A stretch of 64,000 nt of DNA, the filler included, from Sphacelaria rigidula (Eukaryota), in NCBI GenBank assembly GCA_964200075.2. It is 3 parts of 3 records of this genome, joined end to end, with 100 filler letters (N's around TTAATTAATTAA, not from the genome) between each part and the next. Parts side by side here need not be neighbours in the genome. Positions count along the whole stretch, not along the records: positions 43,918 to 64,000 come from CAXNAA020000571.1; 2 more parts are not named here. The stretch is one strand, 5' to 3'. The first letter of the stretch is position 1; each line of letters begins with the position of its first letter. The translations under genes were made by a program, and so were the position numbers. Shown here one piece after another: positions 62,874 to 64,000 of the stretch. The notes below the pieces were generated by a model. That model had not been told where the DNA came from and ran no database searches. It saw only the letters and a program-made list of their open reading frames with translations.

Positions 62874-62887
62874 GCATGTTTGATGAG

Positions 62888-62923
<36 letters not shown>

Positions 62924-63133
62924 AAGCACGATATGCACCATTCGACTCACGTCTAATGCTTGAGTAGAAGAATTGCTGGCCGACTTGAAAATATTGTTCG
63001 TCGGCACCGTGTAAATGACCCATGAACCTGGTGAATCGATGTCCGTGTTTGACTGTGTCCTTTGACTGTGTCCTTTGGCCGTGTTTTTTTACTTTGTCCG
63101 AGCCTTCACCCCCTTCCACGTGTGGGGGGGGTG

Positions 63134-63775
63134 TTGCATTGTCGCACAACCTCCGTCTGGGATGTGGATATCCCTCTGGTATATCCATCTGGGATATAGA
63201 CGTCCATTTGAGATATCAGCGTCCCAGATGGACGTCCATCTGGGATGACGATTTGAGACGTCCACTTGGGATATCCACTTGGGATATCCGCTTGGAATAT
63301 CCACTTGGAATGTCAATTTTGGGGGGTTTACCTGGGATGTCCATTTGGGATGTGCATCTGGAATGTGGATATCCCTCCAGCATATTGATCTGGGATATTG
63401 ACGTCCATTTGAGATATCAGTACCCCCTATTGACGTCCATCTGGGATGACGATTTGGGACGTCCCTTTGGGATATCCATTTGTGATGTCCATGTGGGGTG
63501 TTCAGTGGAATGTCGATTTTGGATATCGATTGGGATGTGTATCTGGGTATCTGGAATGTGGAAATCCCTGTGGGATGTCCATTTGGGATATTTTTCGGGG
63601 ATGTCCATTTGGGATGTGTATCTCGGGTGCGGATATCCCTATGCACATCCCAGATGGATATCCCAGGTCGCCATCCGTATCACAAACGGATACCTATCTG
63701 GGATCCGGTACCTATTCCAGATGGACGCCAAACAGGGATAACCACATCCCAGATGGAGGTTTCAAAGTGATGAAA
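63134..63775. mobile_element. Foldback/MITE family F, long copy with internal tandem motifs
   Basis: ~40-bp TIR TTGCATTGTCGCACAACCTCCGTCTGGGATGTGGATATCCC / GGGATAACCACATCCCAGATGGAGGTTTCAAAGTGATGAA; internal 12-13 bp GATGTCCATTTGG-type units. Confidence 0.8.
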
Positions 63776-63916
63776 AATAGTGGTACGTGTTAATTCTATG
63801 GGAACCCTCCTCTCCGTCCTCGTGTGCTCCGTCTCGAAAGGGATGCGTGGTCAATGGTCAAGTGACTAAGGCAAGCAACAGGTGAGTACGCCCCCCCCCC
63901 CCGTAGCATGGTGATG

Positions 63917-64000
63917 CACCCATGAGGCTGTGTAAAAGCCGTGGCTGTCTCTGGGAGTGGCGTCACCAGAAAATAAAGCAACTCATTGTAGGCTGTCATC
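63917..64000 (+). repeat. Dispersed repeat, copy 2 (truncated by window)
   Basis: Matches 21770-21853. Confidence 0.85.

Noticed and set aside
63022-63793. Long ORFs on both strands (239, 185 aa)
   Set aside because: By-products of the repetitive foldback element.

Overview
Eukaryotic, intron-rich, repeat-rich genomic DNA. The gene architecture and TTAGGG-type repeats suggest a brown alga or other stramenopile; this is inference. Two 100-nt scaffold gaps contain an artificial TTAATTAATTAA spacer. Host genes: (i) the 3' part of a CCDC13-like coiled-coil gene (+, ~6.0-10.9 kb); (ii) phase-compatible exons of an unidentified minus-strand gene (~15.4-23 kb, with further candidate exons near 42-46 kb); (iii) a multi-domain voltage-gated Ca/Na-type channel (+, 48.7 kb to beyond the window, 14 exons reconstructed) with non-canonical pore residues (D in repeat I, N in repeat II). 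Mobile DNA: a decayed Ty1/copia element with LTR remnants, and a deleted chromodomain Ty3/gypsy element. An ~11.2 kb block bounded by ~205-235 bp inverted repeats holds an 11-exon FAR1/MULE/SWIM transposase pseudogene, an upstream OTU-like cysteine-protease exon that can splice in frame onto it, and a ~470 bp intronic foldback. Also present are three-tier nested non-autonomous TIR elements, a telomere-repeat-carrying MITE family and tRNA-derived SINEs. All protein-family calls are by motif recognition; no database search was run.
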